Origin: Octopus sinensis
Taxonomy: Eukaryota
Length of the DNA: 64,000 bases
NCBI RefSeq assembly: GCF_006345805.1
Contig: NC_043009.1
Span: forward strand, 40,114,001-40,178,000
Direction of reading: 5' to 3'
This document shows, piece after piece, positions 24,651-38,090 of this stretch (positions within the stretch are counted from its first letter, which is position 1; each line of letters begins with the position of its first letter). The position numbers and the translations under genes were made by a program. The notes under the pieces were generated by a model. That model saw only the letters and a program-made list of their open reading frames with translations, was not told the DNA's origin and did not search any database.

Positions 24651-26580
24651 TAAAGGAGAATTTGAATAACACCTGTGTTCAACTCCTCTTATTTACTTAT
24701 ATATATACATATATATATACCCACTTGCATTGAACTTGTAGCCGGATCGTATTCGAGTTTCCGAGACGTTTTTAAGCTATTGAGAATACAAAACATCCTC
24801 CACTACGGGACGCCACTCCCTCGCAGAGATAAATCGCCAATTATCGCTGGTACTCATTGTCGGCAGTGTAGATTGAAATAGCGAAAAAGAAAGTAACTTG
24901 GTCAAGGATACAGCATAAATACTCAGTTTGAGCATCGAAACCGGGACCTAACAAACCTGAATACAATACCTTTATCCATTCCAAATAAATACACCCCCCA
25001 ATTAATGTGCTAATAATGATTACTTGTCAATGAAAATTCTATTCAATATGCTTCGTTATCTAGGTGTTTTCTCTGCGAAATTTCTTCACAGCGCTCTCTT
25101 ATTTCCATTTTTACATTCATTGGAGTGAATTGAATAAGCCCCTCCTCTCAAAAGGTAAAATGTATTATACCATTGAATAATCTCCCTGTTTTCATCATAG
25201 CAGTATAAATCATATTCCTTTCGATCATATATAGGGTAAAAGCTGCTAAAGAAACGATTGCCGTCTCAGATGCGCTGGAAAGATATCTTTCAAGTGGTTG
25301 ATCATTTTACTCTAATTTGAATGAAGTTTCTAACTTTGAAACGGTCCATCAGTCGATTAAAGTAATCTGCCGATTAATATCTGCAGTTATTATCCCTGAA
25401 CATTGAAGTTATTCAAAGAAATATACGATTATAAGAAAGAAGGTGGTGCTTTTTAAGTATTGTATAACAGTAGCCATCCTGTAATATTAGCATGATCCTG
25501 GGAATATATCTGCTGACTGCTGGCTACTATGATGATTGATAGATCTCTTGTTAATGTTCTTGTCATTGAACTCTGGCACACTTCTGTGCAGATCAATACT
25601 AATTAATCATCACCTCCAGGTTTAGATCGATATAAATGTAATCATTACCAAGAGGGAGAGAGAGAGAGAGATCTGTTTGGTTTTCTTGCGTAATCATCGT
25701 CCACATTATGTATTGCATACCACAAGAGAAATCAATGAACCTCAGTCAGCACTCTGTGAAAAATATATCTCCATACCTCGGTTAACGAATTCTAATTTAG
25801 CAGACAGGTACACAATTTTTCATCAAATCAGCAAATTTTCTATCTATGTCCCTTCAACTTTCCAGGTAGTTTAATATCAGTCTTACACTCATTTTGTGTA
25901 ATATGTGTGTTTGTATGTCTGTGTGTCTATATATTTGAGTAAGTGTACGTGTGTGTGATAGAGTGTGTGTGTGTGTGTGGAGGGGGTATCAGCGAAAATT
26001 GGCGGAATCGACAGAGCATCAGTTAGATTATATTGCGGTAATCGTCCTGGCTCTCTACGTTGTGAGTTCAAATCCCACCGAAATCAGCGCTGCCTTTTCA
26101 GGGTTGATAAATAAAATACATTTCAGGGTTGATAAATAAAATCCTATCTCTGCACTTAGGTCAATTATTCTCTCTCTCTCTCTCTCTCTCAATCTTTCCC
26201 TGTCTTCCCCCGTCTCTCCATCTCTCTCTCTCTCTTACTCTCTTTCTCTCTCTCTCACCCATTCTTTCTCACAGTCTCACCTTCTCAGTCAGTCACTCAT
26301 TCTTTCTGCTTCTCTCTATACCTCTTTGTAGAAGATATCGATCGGCTGTGCTCAGATCTGGAGTGGGTTGAGCTCCGCGAATTCTAAAGTCGTCCAAAGC
26401 ACAACATATGTCACGGTGTCACCACCAAGAAATGTGGATCCAAGATAAAGCATACACACATTTATATGCATATATGTGTGTGTGGACGTGTACATACCTG
26501 TGTGTGTCTTGGTGTATGTCTCTATGTCTCTGTGTATGTGTGCGAGAGAGAGAGAGAGTGAATAAATAAATATATATATA

Positions 26581-26756
26581 TAGTAATCCCTCGCCATATC
26601 ACGGTTCACCTATTGTGGTTTATTATTTAAGCTTACGGCGATTCTTCTGTGGTGTTGTTTTGCATTTATAATAAAATGAATATATACAAAATATAAAAAT
26701 AAAAAAATACAGTACAGTACTGTTGGAACGTAACACCTACGATCGTCGCGGAATTA

Positions 26757-26759
<3 letters not shown>
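26581..26759. mobile_element. pogo/Tigger-like MITE, decayed
   Basis: Left end TAGTAATCCCTCGCCATATC, right end GTCGCGGAATTACTG, embedded in (TA)n; resembles CAGTAATCCCTCG-type TIRs. Confidence 0.55.
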
Positions 26760-26790
<31 letters not shown>

Positions 26791-27156
26791 AAATTCGCTT
26801 CTTCAACAGAAGAAGAGAGAAGAAGGGAAAGAATACGGTCTGTTACCTTTCGACCTTTCAGTGTCAATAAGCACTAGAATCAATGCAATCGATTCCCAAC
26901 CACAAATAAATCAATAAATAAGAAGATCCAGTTTATGTGTTTATAATAGAAAGTTTTCTTTTCTGAGTTATTGAATGGTAGTCTTCATCTATCGTGTGGT
27001 TTTATACAAACACCCTGTAATAGGTTGTCACTGTGCTGTAAGCATTCAGTGAAGATGACATTCATTTATATTCTGGCAGGAAGATAACTCGTTCAAATTA
27101 TCTCGGTAGTTCTGCTCTTCGTTTCCTGATCGGATATGTATAGCAGGTGAGGTGTC

Positions 27157-27204
27157 CAGTACTGAAGAGAGGCAGAAATAGCCCGAAACCAGATTGGTAT
27201 GCAG
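27157..27204 (+). ncRNA. Solo type I hammerhead ribozyme (GUA)
   Basis: CAGTA-CTGAAGA-G(A)GGC(AGAAATA)GCCC-GAA-ACCA(GAT)TGGT-A-TGCAG; all core positions canonical; one stem I mismatch and one stem II bulge. Confidence 0.75.
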
Positions 27205-27315
27205 TCCCGTTGCTAGAAGGTGGTATGGGTTTGCTCCCCTGCTCGCAATATATCGGATGCCGGTATGCATTGTTACCAGCTAGAGAAGATGACTTCTTGG
27301 GATTAAATCTCATAG

Positions 27316-27655
27316 GTGCAGGAGTGGCCGTGTGGGAAGAAGCTTGCTTCTCAACAACATGGTTCCGGGTTCAGTCCTACGGTGTCGCATCTTGGGCGAG
27401 TATCTTCTACTATAGTCTCGGGCTGACCAAGGCCATGTGAGTAGATCTGGTAGACGGAAACTGAAAGAAGCCTGTCATATATGTATGTGCGTGTCTTTGT
27501 TAGTCTCCCCACCATCTCTTGTCGGTGTGTTTACGTTCCTGTAACCTACAGCCTCGGCAAAAGAGACCGACAGAAAAAGTCCTGGGGTCGATTTGTTAAA
27601 CTAAAGGCGGTGCTCCAACATGGCTGCAATCAAAATGACTGAAACAAATGAAAGA
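27316..27655 (+). mobile_element. Family-B SINE
   Basis: AGGTGCAGGAGTGGCCGTGTGG head through the GACTGAAACAAATGAAAGAATA tail. Confidence 0.85.
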
Positions 27656-28144
27656 ATATCTGTTCACCAAATTCCACTCATCAGACAAGTTAACCAAAGT
27701 TTAAAGCAAAAGGCATTTGCTCAATGGAACCTCACGCGGTAGGATCGAACCTAGTGCCATTTGGATTCGAAGCGAATTTCTTATCCCTGTGGCTGCGCTC
27801 ACTCGTTTGGTTTTAGCCTGAAACAATTCCTCTTACATGTATTAGTTATCGAAAATTAAAGAAACTGTCGTTGCCGCCTGCATTGGAGTCTATCTACAGG
27901 CTTCGCAATCTTTTCATCGACATTTCACCAACTGTTTCCTTTTATTCTCTGAATACAACGTAAAGAAATACTGGAATAAACATCACTAATGATTATCTAT
28001 ACGGTTTCGTTTAATTACATTGTGTTCATATTAGTTAGCAACACTGAAAAAATACAAAAGACAGAGCTATTTTTTTATATACTTTTCGACGGTCGTTATT
28101 TACATGAGGCTACCTTGGATCACTTAATGTTTTACTTAATCACC

Positions 28145-28795
28145 GGGGTGAGCTGGAAGAATCGTTAGCACGCCGGGCAAAATGCTTAGTGTCATTTCGT
28201 CTGTCTTTACGTTTTGAGTTCAAATTCTACCGGGGTCGACTTTACCTTTCATCTTTTTGGAGTCGATAAAATAAGTACCAGTTGAGCGTTGGGGTCGATG
28301 TCATCGATTTGACTCTTGTGTTGAAGTTACTGGCCTTGTGACAATGTTTGAAAGCAATATTTTACATAATCAAAGCAGCGAACAGGTAGAATCGTTAGCA
28401 TGCTTAGCAGTATTTCGTCTGTTCTTACGTTCTGAGTTCAAATCCCGCAGAGGTCGACTTAGCCTTTTATCCTTTTGGGGTCAATAAGATAAGTACCAGT
28501 TGGGGTCGATGTAATCGGCTTACCCCTTTCTCCTCAAAATTGCTTGGCCTCGTGCCAAAATTTGAAACCAATATCTTCACATGTTAAGGTGGCGAGCAGG
28601 CAGACTTGTTACTCGTCGGGCGAAATGCTTAGCAGCATTTTATCCGTTCTTACGTTCTGAGTTCAAATTCTGCAGAGGCCGATTTTGGCCTTCATCATTC
28701 GAGGTTGATAAAATAAGTACCAATCAAGCGCTGGGATAGATGTCATCAACTGAACCCTACTCTCAAAATTATTGGCCTTGTACCAAAGTTTGACA
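28145..28795 (+). mobile_element. Three head-to-tail older family-A SINEs
   Basis: Heads near 28147, 28375 and 28587, each with TGAGTTCAAAT, GTCGACTT and GGCCTTGTG elements. Confidence 0.8.
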
Positions 28796-30028
28796 TGAAT
28801 ATATAACTTAATCAGCTTATGATATTTTTGTCATAATATTATTTATGTGGCTCACTAAATAAATTTTAACTGAAATTATATCTTGAAATCTTTGAACCGT
28901 TACATCTTACTGGAGTAAAGGGTAATCCCTAACTCTATCACAGATTGCTCCCTAACATATTTTCCAGTTATGTCCTAGCTCCTTCATTATCGATTAATTT
29001 CAGGTTTTCAACTCATTTTCATGTCCTCAAGGTTCATATTTTAATGACTGACCTGTTGGATTATTTATAACTTTGTTTTTCTTAATCTATATCGAAGCTA
29101 ACTCTATTTTCTCTGATCACAAAATGTTTCCTCTGCCTGTTTCCTCTCATCTTCATTTTCACTGGTGTTTCGTGGTGCAACGCTTTTAATGCCTGTCCTA
29201 TTTATTCTATAAAGAAAACTAATGATTTCACGTTTGTATCGGAATATTTTATTTGCAGCTGTTAGATTTCATTTAATCAACAATTCCATGCACTCCATCA
29301 TTGATTTTTATCACAATCATACTACCATTTACGAATTCGTAGAAACAAACCATTATGTGACTAACCATGTAAATATATGTATATATAGTTTAAAACTATA
29401 TTCAATCACTTTGTGGCAAGAGCCGGCCGGCAAGCGAGCCCAATTCAATTCGTATTAGAAGCCATTTTCAGTAGCAAAAGCCATTTTCACCTCTCTTGTG
29501 TCGCTAATGCTTCTAAAAACGACATTAGTATCATAGCTTCTTCCAATACCTAAAATAATGAGGCCTTAACAACTAGTTTATTGGAAACCAATATTTAATC
29601 AATTCGCTATTTTGTGAACAATATGTCAATAACTAATACAACGCATTAAGTAAAAGGATGCTTAATGATGAGATGTTTTACCGTATTTCTTTGTTGTTTT
29701 GATTTTTTTGTTTTGTTTTTTCCTTATTTCTCTCTGGGACGACATTCTTTATTAAGACAACTCGATGCAACTAGTGTATAGAAAAGGTTGCATTACGTGA
29801 CCACATTACCTTAATTGAACCTTCAGTATTAATATAGGAATCGGTTTTGATAGTTTGACCACTTCGAGATCGATTTTCATTCAGAATTGCATATTTTTCA
29901 TCGACATCAATTATTCCAATGCCGTTTTATGGTGTCATTGTATGTATGTATGTATGTATGTATGTATGTATGTATGTATGTATGTATGTATGTATGTATG
30001 TATGTATGTACGTACGTATGTATGTATG

Positions 30029-30059
<31 letters not shown>

Positions 30060-30074
30060 CTATCTATCTATCCA

Positions 30075-30112
<38 letters not shown>

Positions 30113-30277
30113 ACAGGATTCATTAGAATGTAGGCGCAGCAACACGTAGGGCGCCAAAACTGGCTGGATGCCATAACAATCAACTTTACTGTGAGGTGTG
30201 AAAACAACCATTAGGTGTCAGCTATTAGTGGTGTTAATACGGGTATGTATGTATTATATTGCATGTATATATATATA

Positions 30278-30336
<59 letters not shown>

Positions 30337-30440
30337 AATTTTAAATAATAAGGGTGAAAAATTGAATATTAATTTGATTAATATCAATTTAAAACCATTG
30401 TCTAGCATATTAAAATCTGAAGATACAGAAAAATTATATT

Positions 30441-30553
30441 ACATACATATAAGGGGGATGACCACTACGTGAACATTCATTATGCTAGAAGTAGCGGATC
30501 TACTTCTAGCATAATGGATCTCCACGGTGTGGTATTCCCTCTTATATGTATGT
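30441..30553. repeat. Small fold-back with a perfect inner stem and diverged outer arms
   Basis: CATTATGCTAGAAGTAG-CGGAT-CTACTTCTAGCATAATG core; outer arms ACATACATATAAG and CTTATATGTATGT; right end at (AT)n. Confidence 0.85.
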
Positions 30554-30679
30554 TATATATATATATATATATATATATAGGTACCACATCCAATATGAAC
30601 CGTAGATCAAACTCAGTATTGGTTCTAGCTGATGCGTAAGCATAAAAAGAAATTACCAAACAAGGTCTAAAATATACTG

Positions 30680-30995
30680 TGGCATTAAAGTAGGGTATTC
30701 TGCTCTCGTTGTAAGGTTATGAGTTCGATTCCCGACGGCGCGTTATGTCCCTGAACAAGACACTTTATTTCACGTTGCTCCAGTCTACTCAGCTGGCAAA
30801 AATTCGTTGTACCGGTATTTTCAAAGGGCCAGCCATGTCACATGGTGTATCATGCTGAATCTCCCTCTTCCAAACAACGTTAAGGGTACGCATGTCTGTG
30901 GAATGCTCCGCCACTTGCACGTTAATTTCATGAGCAGTCTATTCTGTTGATCGGATCGACTAGAACCCTTGTAGTGGTAACCGACAGAGTTTCAA
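30680..30995 (+). mobile_element. SINE family C, decayed
   Basis: GAGTTCGATTCCCG B box, GTCCCTGAACAAGACACTTTATTTCAC segment, GTAACCGACAGAG tail. Confidence 0.8.
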
Positions 30996-31777
30996 TTTGT
31001 ATAGGTAGAATTTTATTTATGCACTCGTAGATTACATCACTGTGTAAATCCACCATTCTCAGGCAAAATTAAAAACGTAGAAGTATTAAACAACCGGCAT
31101 GTATCAACGCCTATACATGTTTAAAATTTACCTAAGGATGGTAAGATTTTAAATATGTATAATGTAATCTATGACTGCATGGATAAAATTCTAGTGAAAG
31201 AGCTGTAGTGAATTTGAAACCCCATTTCTGTTATTCTTCATATATTGAAATTTCAAAATCCTGAGAAGGCACACTCTTTGATAAAACCACCAAACTTTGG
31301 AGAAAAAACGGTGAAGATGAAGAACTTACATCCCTCCAACGATGGGGAAAAAATACCAACTGGTTCGCCAATTACGAAACGGATTTTATGCTTATAAACA
31401 ATTATGATTTCTGATGAACTTATAAACAATTATGAACTTATTTTACTGCATATTTTGAACACTTTTGTGTAAACTGTTTAAACACAAAGTTTCTCTTAAC
31501 ATTTTCTTATCATTATCAAAGATTCTATTCCTTAACATTTTCTTATCAGTTCAAAGAATCTATAACTACATTTTAATACATCTATGTCAACTAAACGTTA
31601 ACACCACAAAAGCTACTCGAAGCCTTGCACATTAATTTTGAAAATCTTTTTTTAATAAAAAAAAAAAGGAAACCAGTCAAGTCAATAGACATCTTTAAAA
31701 GACCTCTGCATTTTAAAATCCTCTTCCTTTTATATATTTTCACTCGTCCAGTATTTCCAATTTTACTTTGTTATATA

Positions 31778-31824
<47 letters not shown>

Positions 31825-31826
<2 letters not shown>

Positions 31827-32028
31827 CTCTTTTACTTGTTTCAGTCATTTGACTGCGGCCATGCTGGAGCACCGCCTTTTAGTCGAGCAAATCGACCCCG
31901 GGACTTATTCTTTGTAAGCCCAGTACTTATTCTATCAGTCTCTTTTGCCGAACCGCTAAGTGACGGGGACGTAAACACACCAGCATCGGTTGTCAAGCAA
32001 TGCTAGGGGGACAAACACAGACACACAA

Positions 32029-32095
<67 letters not shown>

Positions 32096-32261
32096 TACGA
32101 CAGGCTTCTTTCAGTTTCCGTCTACCAAATCCACTCACAAGGCATTGGTCGGCCCGGGGCTATAGCAGAAGACACTTGCCCAAGATGCCACGCAGTGGGA
32201 CTGAACCCGGAACCATGTGGTTGGTTAGCAAGCTACTTACCACACAGCCACTCCTGCGCCT
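31825..32261 (-). mobile_element. Family-B SINE, young and full length
   Basis: Near-consensus head and tail with an uninterrupted internal (AT)n; serves as the uninserted reference for the split copies. Confidence 0.9.
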
Positions 32262-32901
32262 ATATATGAGGTTATGTATTGAAATGATTGAACTGAGAAT
32301 TGTCTTCCATATAGAATATATTTCCTATTATGTATTACTCAAGATCTGCAATGAAAGCATTAGACGCTTCCACGATGTTATTATTTGGTTTGATTTCACT
32401 ATTATAATTTATATACATATATGTGTGTTTGTATCTGTACATGTGTGTATATGTGTTTGTATGCGTGCGTGTGTTTGTATATGCATATATGTGTATGTGT
32501 GTTCGTGTATACGTATGCATATACAGAAATATCTGTTTTGACATTAATACACAAACAAAAACAAAATAAAAAACAACAAAAACAATCTAACTGGATCCTC
32601 GCTCATAATGAAACAATTGCTTTACTTACGTAACGATACGGAGTCAGTATGATACTTGTAATATACTTGAAACAGAGAACTAAAACAATAATAATCAGTC
32701 TTTCACGCTTCTCTGTAAGCATAATGGCGATTATTTCCACATGTTACACATGTAGCTAGTCATAACGACTGTAAATGCACATACCAACCAACCAACCAAT
32801 AATAATAATAATAATAATAATGATAATAATGATGATATATAATAATAATAATAATAATATAATGATATAATAATAATAATAATAATAATAATAAAATAAT
32901 A

Positions 32902-32971
<70 letters not shown>

Positions 32972-33177
32972 TGATGATGATAAAACCCATATAATTAGAT
33001 GAAGTTTACATGCATAACGAGAGAAGTATTGCATTTCAAGAATGTATATATTTAACCCACATCTTCACACATACATTTGCAGTAAATATTAAAATTCAAA
33101 CAAATGTCTAGGCGCACAGCCATATCGGAATGTGCCGAGAAATACATATTTTTGCACATGGATTTGTCTTATAAGAG

Positions 33178-33231
<54 letters not shown>

Positions 33232-33530
33232 TGAGAGAATTCACTAACATATGTTATATATTAGAATTTCTCTCAAATATTCTGCAGTTCTGTTGCATTC
33301 ATTATTTATCGTCTGAGAAGGAGGAGGCTGGCTAGGAGGATAGAAAGAGGATAGCCACGGCCATTAATTGTGTCTGCTTCACCAGACTAATAAGTTCTAT
33401 GACGTTCACGTTGAGTTGAACGTCTTTTGTTGATATCTCTAAATAAAACGTGGACAACGTAGCAGATCTTGAAAATTTAAAATCTAATATCGCACGGATA
33501 TATGTGACATGTTTATTGTATTTGTGGCAT

Positions 33531-34040
33531 AGGCGCAGGAGTGGCTGTGTGGTAAGTAGCTTGTTTACCAACCGCATGGTTCCGGGTTCAGTCTCTCTGC
33601 GTGGCACCTTAGACAAGTGTCTTCTATTATAGCCTCGGGCCAACCAAAGCCTTGTGAGTGTATTTGATAGACGGAAACTGAAAGAAGCCCGTCGTATATA
33701 TGTATATATATAAAGGGAAAGTTTACGAAAATAAACAAAAGACGAAGGCAGGTGGTGTACAAACAAACAGATGTATTAGTATAGCGCTCAGGAATAGAAA
33801 AAGTATTTTACGTTTCGAGCCTACGCTCTGAGTTTGTATATCTGTGTTTGTCTCCCCAGCATCGCTTGACAACCGATGCTGGTGTGTTTATGTCCCCGCC
33901 ACTTAGCAGTTCGGCATAGAGACCGATAGAATAAGTACTGGGCTTACAAAGAATAAGTCCCGGGGCCGAGATGCTCGATTAAAGGCGGTGCTCCAGCATG
34001 GCCGCAGTCAAATGACTGAAAGAAGTAAAAAAGTAAAGAG
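33531..34040 (+). mobile_element. Family-B SINE split by a 118-bp PLE-like fragment
   Basis: 5' half 33531-33700, insert 33712-33829 after TATATGTATATATATA, 3' half 33835-34040. Confidence 0.85.
33712..33829 (-). mobile_element. 5'-truncated PLE-like end carrying the 3' half of a hammerhead
   Basis: Minus strand GAGC-GTAG-GCTC-GAAAC-GT-A; core absent because the insert ends there; related to 60528-60630. Confidence 0.6.
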
Positions 34041-34047
34041 TATATAT

Positions 34048-34730
34048 ATTTTTTTTCTTTACTACCCACAAGGGGCTAAACACAGAGGGGACAAACAAGG
34101 ACAGACAAACGGATTAAGTCGATTACATCGACCCCAGTGCGTAACTGGTACTTAATTTATCGGGCGAAATGCTAAGCGGTATTTCGTCTGCCGTTACGTT
34201 GTGAGTTCAAATTCCGCCGAGGTCGACTTTGCCTTTCATCCTTTCGGGGTCGATAAATTAAGCACCAGTTACGCACTGGGGTGGATGTAATCGACTTAAT
34301 ACCTATGTCTGTCCTTGTTCGTCCCCTCTATGTGTAGCCCCTTGTGGGTAATAAACAAAATAGGTACTTAATTTATCGACCCCCGAAAGAATGAAAGGCA
34401 AAGTCGACCTCGGCGGAATTTGAATCCAGAACGTAATGGCAGACGAAATACGGCTACGCATTTCGCCCGGCGTGCTAACGTTTCTACCAGCTCGCCGCTT
34501 GGCGAGATTGTAAAGACGGACAAAATGCGGTTGGGCATTTCGCCCGGCGTGCTAACGTTTCTACCAGCTCGCCGCTTGGCGAGAATGTAAAGACGGACAA
34601 AATGCGGCTACGCATTTCGCCCGGCGTGCTAGCGTTTCTACCAGCCCGCCGCTTGGCGAGATTGTAAAGACGGACAAAATGCGGCTGGGCATTTTGTCCG
34701 GCGTACTAATGTTTCTGCCAATTCACTGCC
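34048..34730. mobile_element. Nested family-A SINEs plus a tandem array of SINE heads
   Basis: Plus-strand copy inside a minus-strand copy between two GGTACTTAATTTATCG (34147, 34363); 77-bp head unit repeated about 3.6 times at 34441-34730. Confidence 0.85.
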
Positions 34731-35759
34731 TTAAATTCGTATAAAATAAAGCAAAGAATTATTAATGGAAAATATTAAACTACGTTCGAATATGTTGTGG
34801 GGCTTTGCGCGCAAATCCTTCAACCACTGGAAGATTTTTCACTGGAGTCCGTATATAACGAGACTATATAAAGTCCGTGTATGTGTATGCTGTGTGTGCG
34901 CGTGTATATGTTTGAGAGAGAGAGAGAATGTGTGTGCGCATGCACAGGTTTTCTGCTACACATGCCATATATAGCTTGATGATTTGGAACTGCCAATAAT
35001 TTTTGTCACAGATTTCTTTTAATTTTAATAAATCAATCAATATTCCACTCTGACATTAAAATCAAATAAAATCGAAACGACAGATAAAAAAAATTGTTGG
35101 CGTGTAGGCTGAAGAGGTGGATCTTTTATAGGATTCTTAAAATTCTAACGCTCTCCAAAATACTTCTTAGTAATTTTTTTTTTTATACATTTCATGATTT
35201 GTGCATTGCTAATATGACAGAAAGATGGCCACGGCTTTGATCGAGTTCACCCTGAATACTGTCTCGTAGACGCACTGAATTGTATATTTTTGGTTTGATT
35301 TCGATTGATGACGCATGCAGATAATGTTAGTCATCGGCATTCCTATAAATTAGCTAGTGTGCCAAAAATGGTTATCTCTTTGGGTGTGTGCATTTTAGGC
35401 GTCGTAGATTACGATCCTGCAGAAAAAAAAAATTGGTGTTTGTCCTTTGCTGTTGTTTTCCCTTTTGAGTTTGTTTTGTTTTTGCTTATTCAAATTTATA
35501 GTCTGAATATCTCAAAGTGTAGTTCTTCAAAAATATGCGTGACTTTTTGAAATAAGTATTTGAAAAAAAAATTTCGACAAATAATCAAAAGAATCAAAAC
35601 TGGGAAATTGCTGAAAGAGGCGGTGTTCCTTTCCCACATTTATTTGGTTTTGTTAGATTTGGGGGCAAAATCGTAATCTACTTTGCTTAACACGTATACA
35701 TCCAACAAAATTTCAGTTTTTGGTGCACTAACTACAAACTAACTGGTAATATTTCATAG

Positions 35760-36178
35760 TTCTTTATTGCCCACAAGGGGCTAAACATAGAGGAGACAAA
35801 CAAGGACAGTCAAACGGATTAAGTCGATTACATCGACCCCAGTGCGTAACTGGTACTTAATTTGTTGACCCCGAAAGGATGAAAGGCAAAGTCGACCTCG
35901 GCGGAATTTGAATTCAGAAAGTAAAAGCAGACAAAATACCTGCTTCTATTTCTTTACTACCCACAAGGGGCTAAACACAGAGAGGGCAAAGAAGGACAGA
36001 CAAACGGATTAAGTCGATTATATCGACCCCAATGCGTAACTGGTACTTATTTAATCGATCCTGAAAGTATGAAAGGCAAAGTCGACCTCGGCGAAATTTG
36101 AACTCAGAACGTAACGGCAGACGAAATACGGCTACGCATTTCGCCCGGCGTGCTAACATTTCTGCCAGCTTGCCGCCT
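35760..36178 (-). mobile_element. Family-A SINE dimer
   Basis: Two bodies head-to-tail with one head; junction near 35940. Confidence 0.85.
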
Positions 36179-36952
36179 TCAACTGGTAATATTTCTACTG
36201 ACCAAAAGAAGTGGGGAGCTGTCAGAATCGTTAGATCGCCAGATAAAATTTCCTTGCGGCGTTTCTTCCGAACCTTTATAATATGAGCTCACAACTTACT
36301 GACGACGCATGTGCCGTTCATTCTTTTGTGGTTAGATAAAATAGGGTATCAGCCAAGTACTGAGGTCAATGGTATCAGCCAACCCCTTTCTACAAAACTG
36401 CTTGCATTATACCTAAATCAGATATAATGGTCTCAACTGACAAGCATTTATTACTTATTTATTTTTTTGTCTCTAACTCCTTAATTTTCTTAATTTCTTG
36501 TTTTCCTTGAGCCCTAGTATACATAAGGCCGGTTACCCGGTTCCTAGGACATATAAGTAACCGAAATCGCAACAATCTCTTGGACAGGACACCGGTGCGT
36601 TACAGAGTTCAAGGCAAGCAATTTTTGTGGAAAGGAGACAAGTCGATTACTTCAAATCCAATAATTTACAGATACCATATTTTATCGACCCAGAGGGGAT
36701 GAAAAACTAAGTTGATCTCATGCAATTTAAACTTATAATATAAAAAGCTGAAAGAAACGTGGCTAAGCATTTTAGTTGATGTTCTGACGATTCTGCTAGC
36801 ATTTAACACCCTAGATATATACTGAGCAGCGGCGAAGAATCTAAGTGATTACACCATCTCTTCAAAACGCGTGATCATGTACAAGCGGAATTTTAGCTCA
36901 AAATGTAAACACGGACGAAACACCGCTAACGGCGTGCTAACGATTCTCTCCG

Positions 36953-37335
36953 AGCTGGCAGAAAGGTTAGCACGCCTGGCGAAATGCTTTGCAGTATTTC
37001 GTCTGTCGCTTCGTTCTGAGTTCAAATTCCGCCGAGGTCGACTTCGCCTTTCATCCTTTCGGGGTTGATTAAATAAGTACCAGTTACGCACTGGGATCGA
37101 TGTAATCGACTTAATCCGTTTGTCTGTCCTTGTTTGTGTCCTCTGTGTGTAGCTCCTTGTGCGCAGTAAAGAAATAGGTGTTTCGTTTGTCTTTATGTTC
37201 TGAGTTCAAATTCCGTCGAGGTCAACTTGGTCTTTCATCTTTTCAAGGTCGATAAATAAAGCACCAGTTGCATACTGGGGTCGATCTAATCGACTGGCCC
37301 CATCCCCCAAAGTTTCCGGCCTTGTGCCTAGAGTA
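36953..37335 (+). mobile_element. Family-A SINE dimer (young body plus old body)
   Basis: Junction AAAGAAATAG|GTGTTTCGT near 37177. Confidence 0.85.
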
Positions 37336-38090
37336 GAAAAGATTCTCTCGGCTTGTCTAACTGTGTACATATATTTGAAAACAACATTTATAACTTAGTA
37401 AATACAATACTGTGTAAATATTCTCTGAACAGCAGCACTATTTAATTCTTTTCGGTTTGTCACACAAGATCCAGATTTTTCGTAAATTTCTACACATACG
37501 TAGTTTTTCATAGTAATTACAAGTGATATGTTGGGTTCTCAACATTGTATATATACCGATTTTAGATCGAGGAATAGATAGTAACTACCAGCAACTGAAA
37601 TCTTTCAAATCTTCGAAATCATATGCACGCATTTTTGTGTGAGATAACAGCCGATATAAATGTTGGTCATTGGCTGTAAGCTGAATTCTGCAATAGAATT
37701 TTACATCGTATTGAGAAAGGAGGAGAGAAAAAGTAAAAGAGACGTACAAGGAGAGGAAAATTAGAGGTGGAGGATGAGTGCTTTATAACGGTTTGAAAAA
37801 ATACGATCTATTTGTGAAACTTTGCAGTGATAGGCTTTCGATGTAGTAGACAGAGATTATGTTGATAAAATTTTTTAAAATAATAGCAAATATTTATTGT
37901 GAATACACAAAGAAGAAATTTATGAAATTTAATATTATTTTAAGGCAATAATGTTTTTCTTTTGTAAATTAGCGTCCATTTCCTTCGTTATGTATATACA
38001 CAAAGAAATTTGATAAAATTTAAATTATAATTCGTTTTTGGATTTGGTTTGCAAGATTCTTTATATGAGTTCGTGTGTTGAAGCATATTC

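Larger units (their letters stand above)
24391..24696. mobile_element. Fold-back element with two outward-facing hammerheads
   Basis: Arms 24391-24533 and 24556-24696 are inverted; 22-nt spacer; right end abuts (AT)n. Confidence 0.9.
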
